Shown here: positions 48,501 through 61,119 of the stretch, piece by piece | Numbering within the stretch: the stretch's first letter is position 1 | How the letters are laid out: the number at the start of each line of letters is the position of its first letter | From: Hydrolagus affinis | Lineage: Eukaryota | NCBI GenBank assembly: GCA_012026655.1 | Contig: JAAILG010001001.1 | Coordinates: forward strand, 1-64,000 | Direction of reading: 5' to 3' | DNA: 64,000 bases | Notes under the pieces: model-generated | Database searches by the model: none | Seen by the model: only the letters and a program-made list of their open reading frames with translations | What the model was told of the DNA's origin: nothing | Program-made: the position numbers and the translations under genes

Positions 48501-51176
48501 ACATTCTACAAAAGTCTCAGAACCAGCTGAAGTTCACCAATTGACAGCAAACCAAGGTTCACCAAATTCATAGTCGACCCTTACTATAATGCACTGTTTG
48601 GAAGCGAGCCAAACATCACATTATTGTAAGATATACACTTTTGTGAGCATTCAACAACACATGGACAAATTATATTAGTTATGATTAATCTCACTCTGCT
48701 ACCTCAAGACAGAGATACTTAAATTTAATACTGCAGAAGACATAGTCTGAAGATTGCTGAGATTTGGGAAAAATGCCCATTTTGCAATGCTCAAGAGAAG
48801 TCAGGAGGGTTTGAGATGTTTTTCATCAACTGTGTGTATGAAAATGGGGTCTAATTAGAGGTGAATTACAGATGTTCCTAATTATTTAAATTAACTAATG
48901 AAAATGATTTCAGGTGATTCTTTTCATTGGTTGCAAATGTCGTCCCTATTCACGTCATTCCACGTGATTTACGGAATCTGAAAAATGATAATGCAGGGTG
49001 ACCATGACAATGTGGTGATCTGGGTCCATAGGCTCAGACCTCTGCATTAAAAAAAATTATCTGACTCCCAAGATATCAGTGATGCTGACATTACTTTGTA
49101 AAGTGATGTCAGATTATGTCAGATTATGTCAGTTGTTGGTCAGGAAGTGGGTAGCTGACACGTTAGTGCCAGAAACCCCTTCCAGTATAGTATCAGTGCA
49201 ATATAGATCCATAGTACACCTGAGCTATAAGCACACTCTCACTATATCGGAGTGCTTTATAATGCAGTTGCCCTGTAATTATTAACTATAAAGTGAAGTT
49301 GGGACACTAATGGGAAGCATAGGTTTTAAATCTATTTCTATTTTAACATCAAGTTACACCCAGCTGCCTAAATAATGGAAAATATATGTCTTTAAAATTC
49401 TAGTAAGAGTCAAAAGAATAACTTCTTGTCGTTCTTGCTTTGGTTATATACTGCACTGTAAAAGCTTCTGTCTATTCAGATCACCATTACATTTTTTTAA
49501 AGGGAAATAGGTCTTTTAGAAATATGTGTCTTATTACTAGACAAAGCGTTTTCTTCAATAGAGTGCTCCTGCTCTTTGCATTCATTTTTTTGTCTTTTGA
49601 TCTCAATGGACTAAGGATGGCCAGGAGAAAAATCTAAGAGTTAGGACTATAATCTATTCATAATACAAATTCAAGACTTATTATTATAATTTATACTATT
49701 CGATGCAGTAAAATGAGATTGAATTGTGCTTCTGCTCTGAATACAAAATAATAATGGTATGAATTATGACTGAAGCAATCAGGTTTTCTTAGCTATAATA
49801 CTGGGTATGTGTTTTCCTTTCTAACTATTAATGGCAAGTTTTACGAAGCAATACAATTCATAATGAAAAAAAAATTCAGGTTGGTTTATAAAATAGCACG
49901 AAAAAGAGTGTCTCAAAATACTTGACAGATATAAAAGTACACACCAAGCAGGAAACCAAAGATTTAGGAATGTTGACTGAAAGCACATATTTTACAAAGT
50001 CTTTTGAAGGTAAGGAAATGGTGGTCAAATCTGAGATTTGCACTTCGATCATCTGCTTATCAGTCAAAGCTCTATTATTAATGTTTACTGCCTAGTTATC
50101 ATTTGCCAACATTAAAACAGTTAGTTTAATATAATGCTGCTTGTTGAGAAATTAACCATCTTTTGGCTGAGGGCACTTATAATATAATTTACCATTATTA
50201 AATGCCATTCAGTAAAGTTTATCAATTTTATCGGCAAGCAGAGAACAATATTTGCTGCTACAATGGGATCAGAAATTGACCAGTGAGCAAAAAAAATAAT
50301 CACTGTGATTTGTCAAAATAGAACTTTTTAAGTATGACTTTGGTCATCCACTGAGTTGTTTATCTTTGCTACTGAGATTCTAAAACCAGATTAATACATT
50401 TTGTATGTGATGTGCAGATTGACATATTGTATTTTATTCACAACACAATGATTTTACCTCCTCACTTTTATTCTATCAAAGTACTGCAAGTTGACAAGTA
50501 ATAAGCCAAGAGGTTTTGTACAAAAATACTATTCAGATTACAAAAGGTTGAGAATGTTCAGTGGGAAATTGTAGAATATAGAAATAGTTCCTAGATTGGG
50601 GGTAGGCCTGATAATTGTAAATAATACAATCATAAATAAATCTACTGAAGTTTTCAACTCTGGTCAAATACATTTGTATTCTACAGTCCCTCTTTGAATA
50701 TTCTGTTTATACCACTCATATATAATTAATTTTTTAATGAGCATTAATTTAAATGTAAATTATTTTTAATCTACTTACAGGATTATCACAAATGAGGAGT
50801 GTGCTTTTAACACTGCATATTATGTTATGCGAACTGCTATCAACCTCTCTCCGCAAATGAGTATATGTCATATTGAAAAGGTCTTAGTAGAAATGAAGAA
50901 TTAAATGACAGTGTCATGCCCACCCAAATGAGAATATTTTGTGGGGGTGGGGATGGAATCTGATATTTTATAATGCATTAAATAATTATTGAATCTATTA
51001 TCAAATCTGTTATGAAGCATCACATTTTTCCATCTATTCCCAGAAACTGTCAGTGTCTGTGATCTTCGATTTCTGCTTGTAGTCAAAAGACTTAACAGCA
51101 ACTGTCATTAATTATTTTGAGATTTTTTGATGTGACCAGGCACAATAAAACGCAAGCTCTTTCTTTTCTTCTCTGC

Positions 51177-51257
51177 AATGTTGCACCTAAATGTTCACCA
51201 TTCAGTGTTCCGTTTAAACTGCAGGATAAACTGAAAACTGAATTGGATACCTTGAGC
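51177..51257 (+). mobile_element. possible Gypsy/Ty3 pol remnant (segment just upstream of RT)
   Basis: NVAPKCSPFSVPFKLQDKLKTELDTL resembles P....PRRVPF.L..KLK.EL.RL of Mag-like Gypsy pol; by-eye match only. Confidence 0.4.
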
Positions 51258-52452
51258 ATTGTACTAATAATTTGTATGAACCTGGGCTTACACAAATCAG
51301 TATCAGATTGTGTACCTCAGCATCATTGGTCTATTAGGCAGAAAAGGAAGCCAGAGGGAATTGGAGTCAGATTGTTCACACTGGGCTCATTTAAATCTGT
51401 TTTCTTTGGATCAAGTTTGAACCAGCATCTGGCAGTAACTCTGATCTAAGATTGCTGCAAATAAATTGCCAACATTTACACTGTGCATTTTGATTTTGAA
51501 CAGCTGTAAATTCTCAACAAATCCAAATTTGAAACTATATTGTACGTGCAACATAAGTTTGAGAGATTATCTTTCAGTGTGATTGCATTTGTTACAGCTT
51601 TTAAAATTCAGTTTATTTTAACTCTAAAGAGATGCAAGCCAGACTCCAAAGAAAATTTTTCATTCAATCACCCTGTTTGCTTTCAAAACCCATATAAACA
51701 CCTGTCCCTCTTGCTGCTTACACCTCCCACCCACCCCGCCAACTTTGGGTTCCACTCCATCTTTGTAAAGTGCTTTGAGCCGTTCTCCCTATGTGAAAGG
51801 AACTATATCATATGTTGTTTGTTGTACACTGATCATAGCCTTTTTTAAACTAGAAGTTTGACTATTAGAAACATGAATAAATATAAAGTAAATTTATATT
51901 TTTTGTCTTGTTTTTGCTAGTAAAAATAAAAGACATTGATTGCAACAGGGATATAGTTCTGACTGGTTTATTTAAACTAGAAAAGGAATTTGTAGCTGGA
52001 AATGCTGATCTTAGGGTTGAGACAACCGTATGGACTGTGTTAGGGAACTGAGAATTAACTGATTAACCTGGGGAGGAGAGCAGGGTCAAGCCCTTCTGCT
52101 CCTGCCTGTAGACCTTAAAATAGTTTGTTATGCTAGATGTCCTAATGTAGTTCAGTTGATATTGGTGCAATAATATTCAATTAGGTTCCCATCAACTGTT
52201 TGATATCACTATCATGATTCTAGTGCCATTTACAGCTTGAACTCTAATGGAGAAATCAGCGAGGTGGTTTGTGTTCTCAGGGAGGAAATTGATTGATCCT
52301 CAGAATGTATTGTGTGAGCAGGCAAATGCTTTGGGAACTAGGAGGAGTTGGGAAAAGAGGAGCAGTCCAGGGAGAGGGCTTACAAAAATTGATTCAATGC
52401 TGGCAAGTGAGAGATCCCAGGGTTCCAGGCAAGGAAGTTCCAGGCGCAGAAA

Positions 52453-52514
52453 CGCCATTTCAAAATCTCCCGCCTGGACTAACAACCCAAATCTTCTGCA
52501 TGACGTCACTTCCG
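52453..52514. promoter_or_regulatory. promoter-type motif cluster: YY1-like, E2F-like and overlapping CRE-ETS
   Basis: cgccattt 52453-52460, tctcccgcc 52466-52474, TGACGTCACTTCCG 52501-52514; no function shown. Confidence 0.3.
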
Positions 52515-52584
52515 AGAGCCATTATTCAAATCATTGAGGTAAAATACACTTTTTTATTTCTCTCCCTCAATCAACAGTTATTGG

Positions 52585-53507
52585 AAAGCGTCTTGGCAAA
52601 TCAGCTTCGCTCACACCTCTCCCTGCCCTCCTTACTCAAACCCCTCTCGTCTAGTTTTTGCCCTGCTCATAGACAGAGACAGTGCTCTCAAAGTAACAAA
52701 AGGTGTCCTATTTCTGTGTGACCAGGACTCCCTCTGCCTTATCATTCTCCTGGACCTCCGGAACGTTCGACACAATCCACCATGCCATCCTCTTCCACCG
52801 CCTCTCCTCCCTCATCCACCTTACACCTTGGTGGGATTGCACTACCATGGTTCCCGTCTTACTTAACAAGCCAACAACAATACATCATCTACCTCCGTCC
52901 ATACCTCTCACCCACAGCAGCCAAAATCCTTGTGCACGCCGTCGTCACTTCCTGGCCGGACTGCTCCAATGCCCTCCTCAATGGTCTCCCCAGCTCCACC
53001 ATACACAAAACTCAATTAATCCCAAACTCCATCGCCCGGATACTCACCCTCACAAAACTCTGTACCCCCATCATACCAATCCTTGCCAGGTTCCACTAGC
53101 TACCAATTAACTAAAGGATAAATTTCAAGATCTCTGACTCATTTTCAATCCCTTCATGTCCTGGCATCTCCCTATCTATCTGATCTGCTTAACCCCTACT
53201 CCATCATGCACAGCCCTGCTCTGCTGGCTCGAGCTTCCTGTTTATCCCCTTAGCCCCCACACTCCACCTTTGGTGGCTGTGCCTTCAGCCACTATGCCTT
53301 CAAACCCTGGAACTCTCTCCCTGTATCTTTTCACCTTGCTCCCTCTCTCCCCACCTTTAAATCCCATCTAAATTCCTGCCTTTTTAATTGTGCTTATGTT
53401 CACCTCCCTCTTTCCTTAGCTCACTGTCAGACTCCGCAACTTTCAAGCACTCTGGGTCGCTACTCCGCATGAAGGGTGATATATAAATGCAAGTTGTTGT
53501 TGTTGTT
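52585..53507 (+). mobile_element. decayed, internally deleted L2 LINE
   Basis: LESVLANQLRSHL, FDTIHHAILFHRL, AKILVHAVVTSWPDCSNALLNGLP; tail gaagggtgatatataaatgcaa(gtt)n. Confidence 0.85.
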
Positions 53508-53984
53508 ATGGTACCTAGAGCTACTCTGAATCAAGTTGAATGTTAGGATTAAATGTGCAATCAAGTCCACTGATCTGGATTTTTGTGTTTCCAAAGTCTG
53601 AGATCAAACTGAAAGCCTTGAACTTGAAGGTGTTTGGCTTTTGATCTAATCATTATGCTAAAGTCGAAGTTAGCTCACATCTGCAACCAGTCTTAGAAAA
53701 ATGTGATGTTTATTGATGCATTTGATACTACATTTGCTCAATTTCACTAATATCATTACAAAACATTGGATTTTTCACCTCCAAAATCATTTTATTATTT
53801 TCAAAGCCTAGATCATGAACAACTACTATTCATTCTCTTATCATAAATCATACATCGAGCAAGGTAGAAAGAGGGAGGTAACCAAAGGCATGGTGGTAAG
53901 TGGGTTTTAGGAAGGATTTAAAAACTGATCCAGAGAGGTGAGAGGAAGGAGTAAATTGAGTGAATTCCATTACACAGAAGAGTT

Positions 53985-54100
53985 CCAGTCACACGGCCAA
54001 TGCAGCTTTAGAAGAGAAGATCACGGTTCATAAATTTACTGAACTTCTTTGAGAAATTAATTAAGTTAGCGGATGTTGGATATCCAGATTTATATGACTT
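53985..54100 (+). mobile_element. CR1 RT remnant
   Basis: NLLNFFEKLIKLADVGYP resembles CR1 NLLEFFEEVT..VD.G. Confidence 0.5.
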
Positions 54101-54689
54101 ATTTATAGAACAGCTGTGGTGCACAGACAGTGATTTATGCACTGTGGTTTGCCTCCATTGAGCCACCACCAGACTGATTTTAAGCCATCATTTTTGTATA
54201 ATTTTTCTTGACTTGTGCTCTATTTACTTCAAAATGTTTTTCCTAAGAGAATGTAAATTATATTCCCTGAAGGATTTTTTGGAATGATTTTGTGCCATTT
54301 CACTCTGCTGTTTGTGTCACCCACCATCTCTCACCACTCCCCATAGTTGAAATCGCCAAACCGTGAAGTAAAACTTCAATTTCAAATTCTCCAAAAATTT
54401 AGAAGTGAAATATATGGTCTAATGACGCATGTTCCGGGCCAGAGGTTTATGGAAATATCTTATATGAGTTGTATGGTCACTGTCACTGGTTCCATAATCC
54501 TTGGTCTTCAGACTATATTTAGTCTTTCGAAAAGAGAATTCACAACAATAATAATAATTCTTGATTTGATATAGTGCCTTATCATGTCTTTGAGACATAT
54601 CAAAGCCAATCACTGAATAAACTATAAAGTATATTGACAGAGTTTTTTCTAGTGGGTGAAATATTATTTCATGTATTTTACCATGCTGC

Positions 54690-55175
54690 TCAAATCTCTC
54701 CAAGTGTTTTACAGGATATATTGTAACGTGCTGTGACTATATTGTGGCTGAATACAGAGGGCAATTTACGCACAGCAATAATAATAATCCTTGCATTTGA
54801 TATAGCACTTTTCACATCTTATCGATGTCCCAAAGCGCTTCACAAAATATACTGTAAAGTGAATTGACTGTATATTTGTGGGCGAATCGCGGCAGCCAAT
54901 TGCGCACAGCAGTATCCCACAAACAGTCGTGGATTGAAAATGACCAATTTTATTTTTGTGCTTTTTTTGGACGGATTATTATTAGGCGTATGGAGTAAGG
55001 AAACTTGCCCAAGGTTTTGCCCTGACCTGCCTGGATTCGAACACAGGTCTCCCCAGCTTGGTCTCCCCAGCTTGCAAGACAAGTGCTCTAACCACTAAAC
55101 CACAGGAGCTCCCATAAACATTCATTGTCCCAATGTCCCAATGTCCCATAAACATTCATTGGAATGAGTGACCGA
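54690..55175 (-). mobile_element. older SINE 3' half interrupted by the young SINE at 54777-55112
   Basis: gcaatttacgcacagcaa (to about 54778) continues as tgtcccataaacattcattggaatgagtgacc after 55112. Confidence 0.55.
54777..55112 (-). mobile_element. tRNA-derived SINE (young family), full length, CpG-rich, with a 14-bp duplication in the head
   Basis: gggcgaatcgcggcagccaattgcgcacagc; B box gttcgaatcc on the minus strand; ggtctccccagctt x2 (55046-55073). Confidence 0.92.
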
Positions 55176-55629
55176 GAGATAAATATACATGGCTCAGATT
55201 GGACATTAGAAATTAGAAAAGGTTTAAAAGATTTTACAATATTCCATTATTCCACTTTACCTCTAAGAATTCAAAGAGAAACTCACTGAAAGCATTATTT
55301 AATTTGCATAAGACATTCTACACTGTACAAAGTCAGCCTATGCAGCAGAGGTTATCTTGAAAGAATCTGAAAAAACTTAATATTCAGGGTAAAGACCAGC
55401 AAATAGCGTTTGATGTAGATTAATACATGATGATTTAATTAGGTGTGTAAAAAAATGTAATTATGATTACATCATGAATCATCATATCGCAATAGTGAAC
55501 AGATAAAAAAAAGGAGTGATTATTGATTGGTCCTTAAATGCTGGCATTAGAAGTAAACAGAATGCTAGCATGCATGAAAAATATCATTATATAAAGTACA
55601 GTAAATTATATTAACTTTGTAATATAAAG

Positions 55630-55870
55630 AAAGGTCATTCACAATGCGCTGTTCAAAAAGAGAAGGCAGTTTGAGTCCTTGTCCTGGCCAGCAATCCTCC
55701 AGATAAAAATTTTCATCTATTTCATGGCTCTAAGTGGAATATTACTTTGCACAAATTGGCTGCTGCATTCAATCACAAATGCACAGTCATTGCACTTCAC
55801 TGTACACTTCTGTGAAATGTTTTGACCACGTTATCAGGCAAACGAGATATCAAATGCAAGGATTATTATT
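55630..55870 (+). mobile_element. old Deu-domain SINE 3' half
   Basis: gctgttcaaaaagagaagg...gtcctggcca...gcacaaattggctgctgcattc...atatcaaatgcaaggattattatt. Confidence 0.68.
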
Positions 55871-55989
55871 ACAATGAAAGATCATCTGTACAAAATTACA
55901 TCCAGTTACGGTCGCTTTAACCTTAAATGCACTTCTGATTACAAAGGAGAGAAAGAAGAATGATTTCAGAAGTCGAAGCACTTTATTAT

Positions 55990-56330
55990 GAAGATAAAAT
56001 TATTGCGTCCAAATTATACACATTACATACAGAAGATTGAAGGGATATATGAATCAGGCCATTAAGGTAATGACGGGAGTTGATAATGTGGAGGCTAACA
56101 AATTCTTTGGGTTAAATTGTGTAAATAGGACTGGAGGACACAAGTTCAAAACAAAACTGCAAACTAGGGTGTAGTTCACAAGTATTTCTTCACATACAAC
56201 AAATACAGTGCAAATACATGTTGCATTAACTGTTTCAAATTGGAGCTGTTTTAAGCATGCAAAAGTAGAGCAAGGCATCTGCTCAAATAATAAGCAAATA
56301 AAATCGGACAAGTGGCAATTTCTAAATGGA
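55990..56330 (+). mobile_element. old CR1 3' remnant
   Basis: RRLKGYMNQAIKVMTGVDNVEANKFFGL...RTGGHKFK resembles RRIRGDLTETYKIIKGHD...TKGHSLK of the large CR1. Confidence 0.6.
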
Positions 56331-58165
56331 TTCCTTGATGAAGAAATAAGACGTGGATCACATCGCCTCCCGGGCACTCGCTCCAATGAGTCTACTTTTG
56401 AGTTAATGGGAAAGCTTGAGTGCTTGTTTGTTTCCTTAATTGAGGAATACCATTGGAAATAAAGCCCCCACACCCTCCACCCACTATATCAAACTTGAAA
56501 ATTCTGTTATGTTTTGGGAGAGAAAGGAGATGAGATAGAGAGGAATGTTTGTGAATTTCCAAATGCAGTCATGTGCAACAACTTGCATTTCTATCCTGCC
56601 CTTCATGGAGGGTGGTCATGTCTCAGATGGATGATACGTAAAGTAATGCTATGAGAGCAGTACATTCTATTTTCTTATGCTGCAATTTATACAAGTGAGT
56701 TCTGTTATCATTATAAATATGTAATATGCCATTGTATTACAAAGAAATGCTATCATCACCCACAGTTTCAGTTATAACTTGGATTTATCAAATAGCCAGA
56801 TTTAGATGGTCAGGTTCAGAAATCTTTTCCAATAACAATCAGACTACCTGTTCTTTTGAAATTTAGGGAACTGTCAATGAAATGATACAAATAACACAAT
56901 ACATTTAAAATGAATACAAACATATTCCTGTCTTATTCTAACAAAACTGACAAGTGAGACTTCGGCAGAGAAAGTTCAGTGGGACAAATGGCCTATCACT
57001 GTCAAGTTCCAAAAATAGTTTTATTGACTAAAGTATGTTTGAGGTAGATAATGAAGCATATGCTAACCTTTAACAACAACTTGCACTTTCATACCTTTCA
57101 GGCAGGGTAGCATCTTGAAGCATTTAAAATGAATGGCATTTAGCAACTAATGAGAATAAGCTTTGATGCAAACACGGATGCAGACATCGGGGTCTGTGTG
57201 ATCTTATGATATCCTGGGGCAATGGAACACCTGGAATCATACTATAGTGTTCATGGTTTCCACACACTATCAGCAAAGTTTTAAATATTGTGATAATCCC
57301 AAAACATTTGAATCATTGTATTTATTTCTTGGTGGTGCTTCCATGTGTAGAGACATGTAGCGAAAGCAACACATCCATCTGCTTGCAGTGCAGGCCAAAT
57401 CCTTTCTATTAACATGCTTGGGGGTTGAATGAATCTATTTATTGTGTGAGTGGTGCCTTTAAGAGGCATATCATGCTGCAGCCAGTAATGAACCTTAATA
57501 AATAACTCAACACGAACATCTGTGACGATGTCTAAACTGGTAAATCTGTAAACATGTCTATTGTTAGAGCTGCAGATGATTTGAATCAACAAGGGTGAAA
57601 AGATTTGGATAGTCTGTGTATTAGTGTTAATAGGAATAGATTATAGAGGGATATTTCAGAAGTGACCTTCAGTGCACTAATTGAAATAGTATTCAGAGTC
57701 AGCAGTGGAGTAATCAAGTTATACACAGAATCATAAATCATCATGAATTGTGCTGTCACTATTCAGCCATTAACACCCTGTATTTTTGAGCAGCTGCATT
57801 AAAATTTCCGCCACACAGATCTGTAGGTTAATAGGAACAGAAATGGCATTTAAAGACTATTTGGATCAAATCTGCTCTCGGGTTGAAAGTGTTACTCTGT
57901 TAATTTGCTCTTAATTTGAATTGATGTAGTTAGGGTTGGAGACAGTGCAGCTGAGACCGTTAAACTGGAGATGCAGAGCTGAGGACTCTATTCACGAGTC
58001 GCCTTCATTCAAATCATCTGCATTGCCAAAATAACATTATTTGAGGAATTACTAAATATTGTCAAGAGTGGGGTAGGAAGTGTGGATTGGGGAAGAGATA
58101 CTTTGAAATCCCAAATTCAGAATTGAATTTGTGCTAATTGCAACTTTGTTTGCAAATAATGTCTC

Positions 58166-58272
58166 CACAACCTTGCCCCCACCCAATCACAACCGTGCCC
58201 CACCCAATCACAACCATGCCCCACCCAATCACAACCGTGCCCCCACCCAATCACAACCGTGCCCCACCCAAT
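58166..58272. repeat. minisatellite, five copies of a 21-22 bp unit cacaacc(g/a/t)tgcccc(c)acccaat
   Basis: units start at 58166, 58188, 58209, 58230 and 58252. Confidence 0.93.
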
Positions 58273-58482
58273 CCCACCCTCTCCACCCTACCATGGATGG
58301 CTGAGCTTTCAGCTTACTCCTTAAGTCCCTTTTGACTGCATCTTCATCCACCTGCTGCCTATCCCAGCCTCCCCCACCCTTATCCACCATATTATTGCAC
58401 CCATTCAATGTCTAAATGTCTATATAGTGGTTGGAGGCATTTTCTCTTATGTGAAAGATAGTAGAAATGCAAGTTGTGGTTG
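58273..58482 (+). mobile_element. decayed L2 3' end
   Basis: ccctaccatggatggctgagctttcagc (GGRAFS region)...tgtgaaagatagtagaaatgcaagttgtggttg. Confidence 0.55.
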
Positions 58483-58619
58483 TTTTGCAAAAGTCAAATC
58501 AGCAGAGAAATTCACCACTGTCAATTAGAGGATCTCAAATTGGCAACCTTTGACAAAAAGTTGGTGAATAAAATCTAATCATTTGGCATTTTGCCTGTTG
58601 TCCTTTTTTCAGTATTGTG

Positions 58620-58930
58620 GACCCGACTGGCGATTTGACATGTGCTGGCTGCAAATCTCACTCTGAATTTTGGAGCCTGGAATGGGAGAGGTCATGGGTT
58701 GCAGAGTTCTGGATTGTCTTCAGTCTGTGCAGGGAAGAGTTGGGGTGTTTGGTAAGCAGAGCATTGGCACAGTTGAGCCTGGATATAATAAAGTCCTGAA
58801 TGAGCATCTCGGCTGCTTGAAGGGAAGAGGTAGTGGCAGAGGTTGCAATATTGCAGTGGTGAGGAAAAGCTGAGCAATGAGACGATGGATGTAGTAGTTG
58901 AATAATAGTTGGGGTCAAATCAAGACGATG
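58620..58930 (-). mobile_element. decayed L2 fragment
   Basis: ORF 58658..58945(-) AAEMLIQDFIISRLNCANALL...LHRLKTIQNSA. Confidence 0.78.
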
Positions 58931-59129
58931 GGCTAGATCTGTCAAATGTTTTAAAATAAATTTTTAAATAAGTTACAAATGAAAATAGAATATTGTAAGA
59001 CAGGTCAGTTAAATTAAAATCAAATTTAAATTCAAATAGAACATTTAACAATACAGTGATAAATCAATCCTTTACATTTGAATACCTTTATTTCTCTAAT
59101 GTCAATGTTTGTTTCAATCTTACAGTGCA

Positions 59130-59252
59130 TCACGTTTCGCCCACAAATATACAGTCAATTCACTTTACAGTATATTCTGTGAAGCGCTTTGAGACATCTA
59201 GAAGATGTGAAAAACGCTATATCAAATGGCAGGATTATTATTATTATTATTA
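59130..59252 (+). mobile_element. SINE 3' half (young family)
   Basis: cgtttcgcccacaaatatacagtcaattcactttacagtatattctgtgaagcgctttgagacatctagaagatgtgaaaaacgctatatcaaatggcagg(att)n. Confidence 0.88.
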
Positions 59253-60599
59253 CTAACTAAACTGATCAGCCCACTGCAGACAAGAATTTTCCTGGACCTC
59301 CTATCAATTTAAATGTTAAAACAACTTAATCCATGTTATCATTTAGAGGTTTTAACTGGAATATTTGATATTGTATACATATTGAAATGAAAACCCTTAA
59401 TTTTTAATTTATTTAAGCCTTTCAATTTCCAAAGTAAAACAATTTCTACCATTCATAAGAACCGCTTAATCTCTTTGTTTATTCAGCTACCTGTTCATCT
59501 ATCTATTATTTAAAGGAAGCAAGAAAAGATTTCTGTAACAACGGCTTTCTAATGTTATTGCGTCTGAGGTTACATCTTCTGTAGAAGAGTATACATTCCA
59601 AATTCACAATCTATAGCAATATAATATTTGTTGAAGAGCTTCAAGAAAAATTAATGTCTGGGAATATTTTCAGTATCATTATCCAGAAGTCTGATAATTT
59701 GAAAATTTGCTGTGAGGCACTAATGTAGAAAAAATGCAAATTAACTAATTCTTTCTCTTCCCAGCCCAGCCCACTGCCACACAAAAAAACTGATGAAAGA
59801 GCAAATGGAAAATAAAATGAAAGCGAGAAAAGGGAGCGAAAGATAAGAAAGGCGATGGAAAAGAGTTGAGTGGTGTGTCAATGACCTGTCGTTCACAGTA
59901 AGATTACCTAAAATGTATCAGTCACTCATGATAAGAGACTGCTTCAAATGTCTCTTCGGTATTAATCAAATACCCAGTCTAATTAAAAGAGGTTTGCGCA
60001 AAGCCTTTTCAAAATGTTGCTCAGGTATTGCAATAATTTCTGATCACCCAAGCCTGGAAGACAAATAATTAGACCTGCCAAAGTCTTCTGATGAGTGATG
60101 TCAGCGTCTCCAAGTGACCTTACCTCCACTAATTAATTTTCATCTGAAAAAGAAGCCCTGTTGTTGCACATTATTAATTGAGTTCACTAAAAGATGTGCC
60201 AGATTAATTTTTGTTGATAATACTTGTCATTCTCTGCAGTGACTGTAATCATTCTATGGGTTTTATTTTCTGAAAAGTCGATTGCAGCCCTTTATATCGT
60301 GACTAATTTCCTGTCTTCAAAAGTTTCATATTCTGAATTTAAAGTGGTTTTAAAGCTTCAAGCAATAGATTAATGCTCAGTGCGGATGTTTTCTGGGATT
60401 TTCTCAGGAAAAACATTGCACTATTGGAATTTGATTTGTTATATAATTTTATGGATATTACATATATGATCCACATTAGTGTAAAGTACACTGGGTGCAC
60501 ATCACTCATTTTTCAGGGCTAAAATAGATCGAAAATTAGAGAACAATTGATAGGTGATAATGGATAACCACGTTGTGATGATTGGTAATAATACAATAT

Positions 60600-60690
60600 A
60601 AAATAATAAACCCTACATTTGGTATAGCGCCTTTCACTTCGGGAGGATATCCCAAAGTGCTTCACAGGATATGTTGTAAGGTGTGTGTGT
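60600..60690 (-). mobile_element. SINE tail fragment with an L2-like inner hairpin
   Basis: ccctacatttggtatagcgcctttcacttcgggaggatatcccaaagtgcttcacaggatat. Confidence 0.7.
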
Positions 60691-61119
60691 ATTGTTGGTG
60701 AAATATACATGTGAATGGACTGAAAGTGTGTTGTCATATACAGTATTATATGAAAATTAGAAGGAATGCAAATGCTTGCTATTAACAATTCTTTTCAGTA
60801 TATCTCACTCAAGAAAGCTTTATTGCATAACCCCTTTTTTATTATAAATGTGAGAACATAGTATTTCAAGATGAGGTTGCCGCTGGTATTTATTCAATCA
60901 AAAACCTATGTGAAGTTTCAGAATCCATCAAGTACTATAGTGCACTGAACTACAGCAAACATTTCTACGAGATAAGTGAAGAGGTAGTTGGATAATTCTT
61001 TGTTTGCATTTGAAAATCTTGTGGATCGGAGAAGGGAGGGAAAACTATGGGAGATATGGAGACTGCAATATTGATGCCATGAGATAGAATGAGATAGAAT
61101 AGGATAGAATGCAATATAG

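Noticed and set aside
50781-50903. Open frame IITNEECAFNTAYYVMRTAINLSPQMSICHIEKVLVEMKN after an acceptor-like cttacag
   Set aside because: Weak donor, unrecognised peptide, and a length compatible with chance
58166-58272. Short direct repeats as a CRISPR-like array
   Set aside because: Units are contiguous with no unique spacers, the context is vertebrate, and there are no cas genes
59765-59897. Plus-strand exon-like segment with a strong acceptor and an aca|gtaaga donor
   Set aside because: Stops in all three frames and no supporting neighbouring exons
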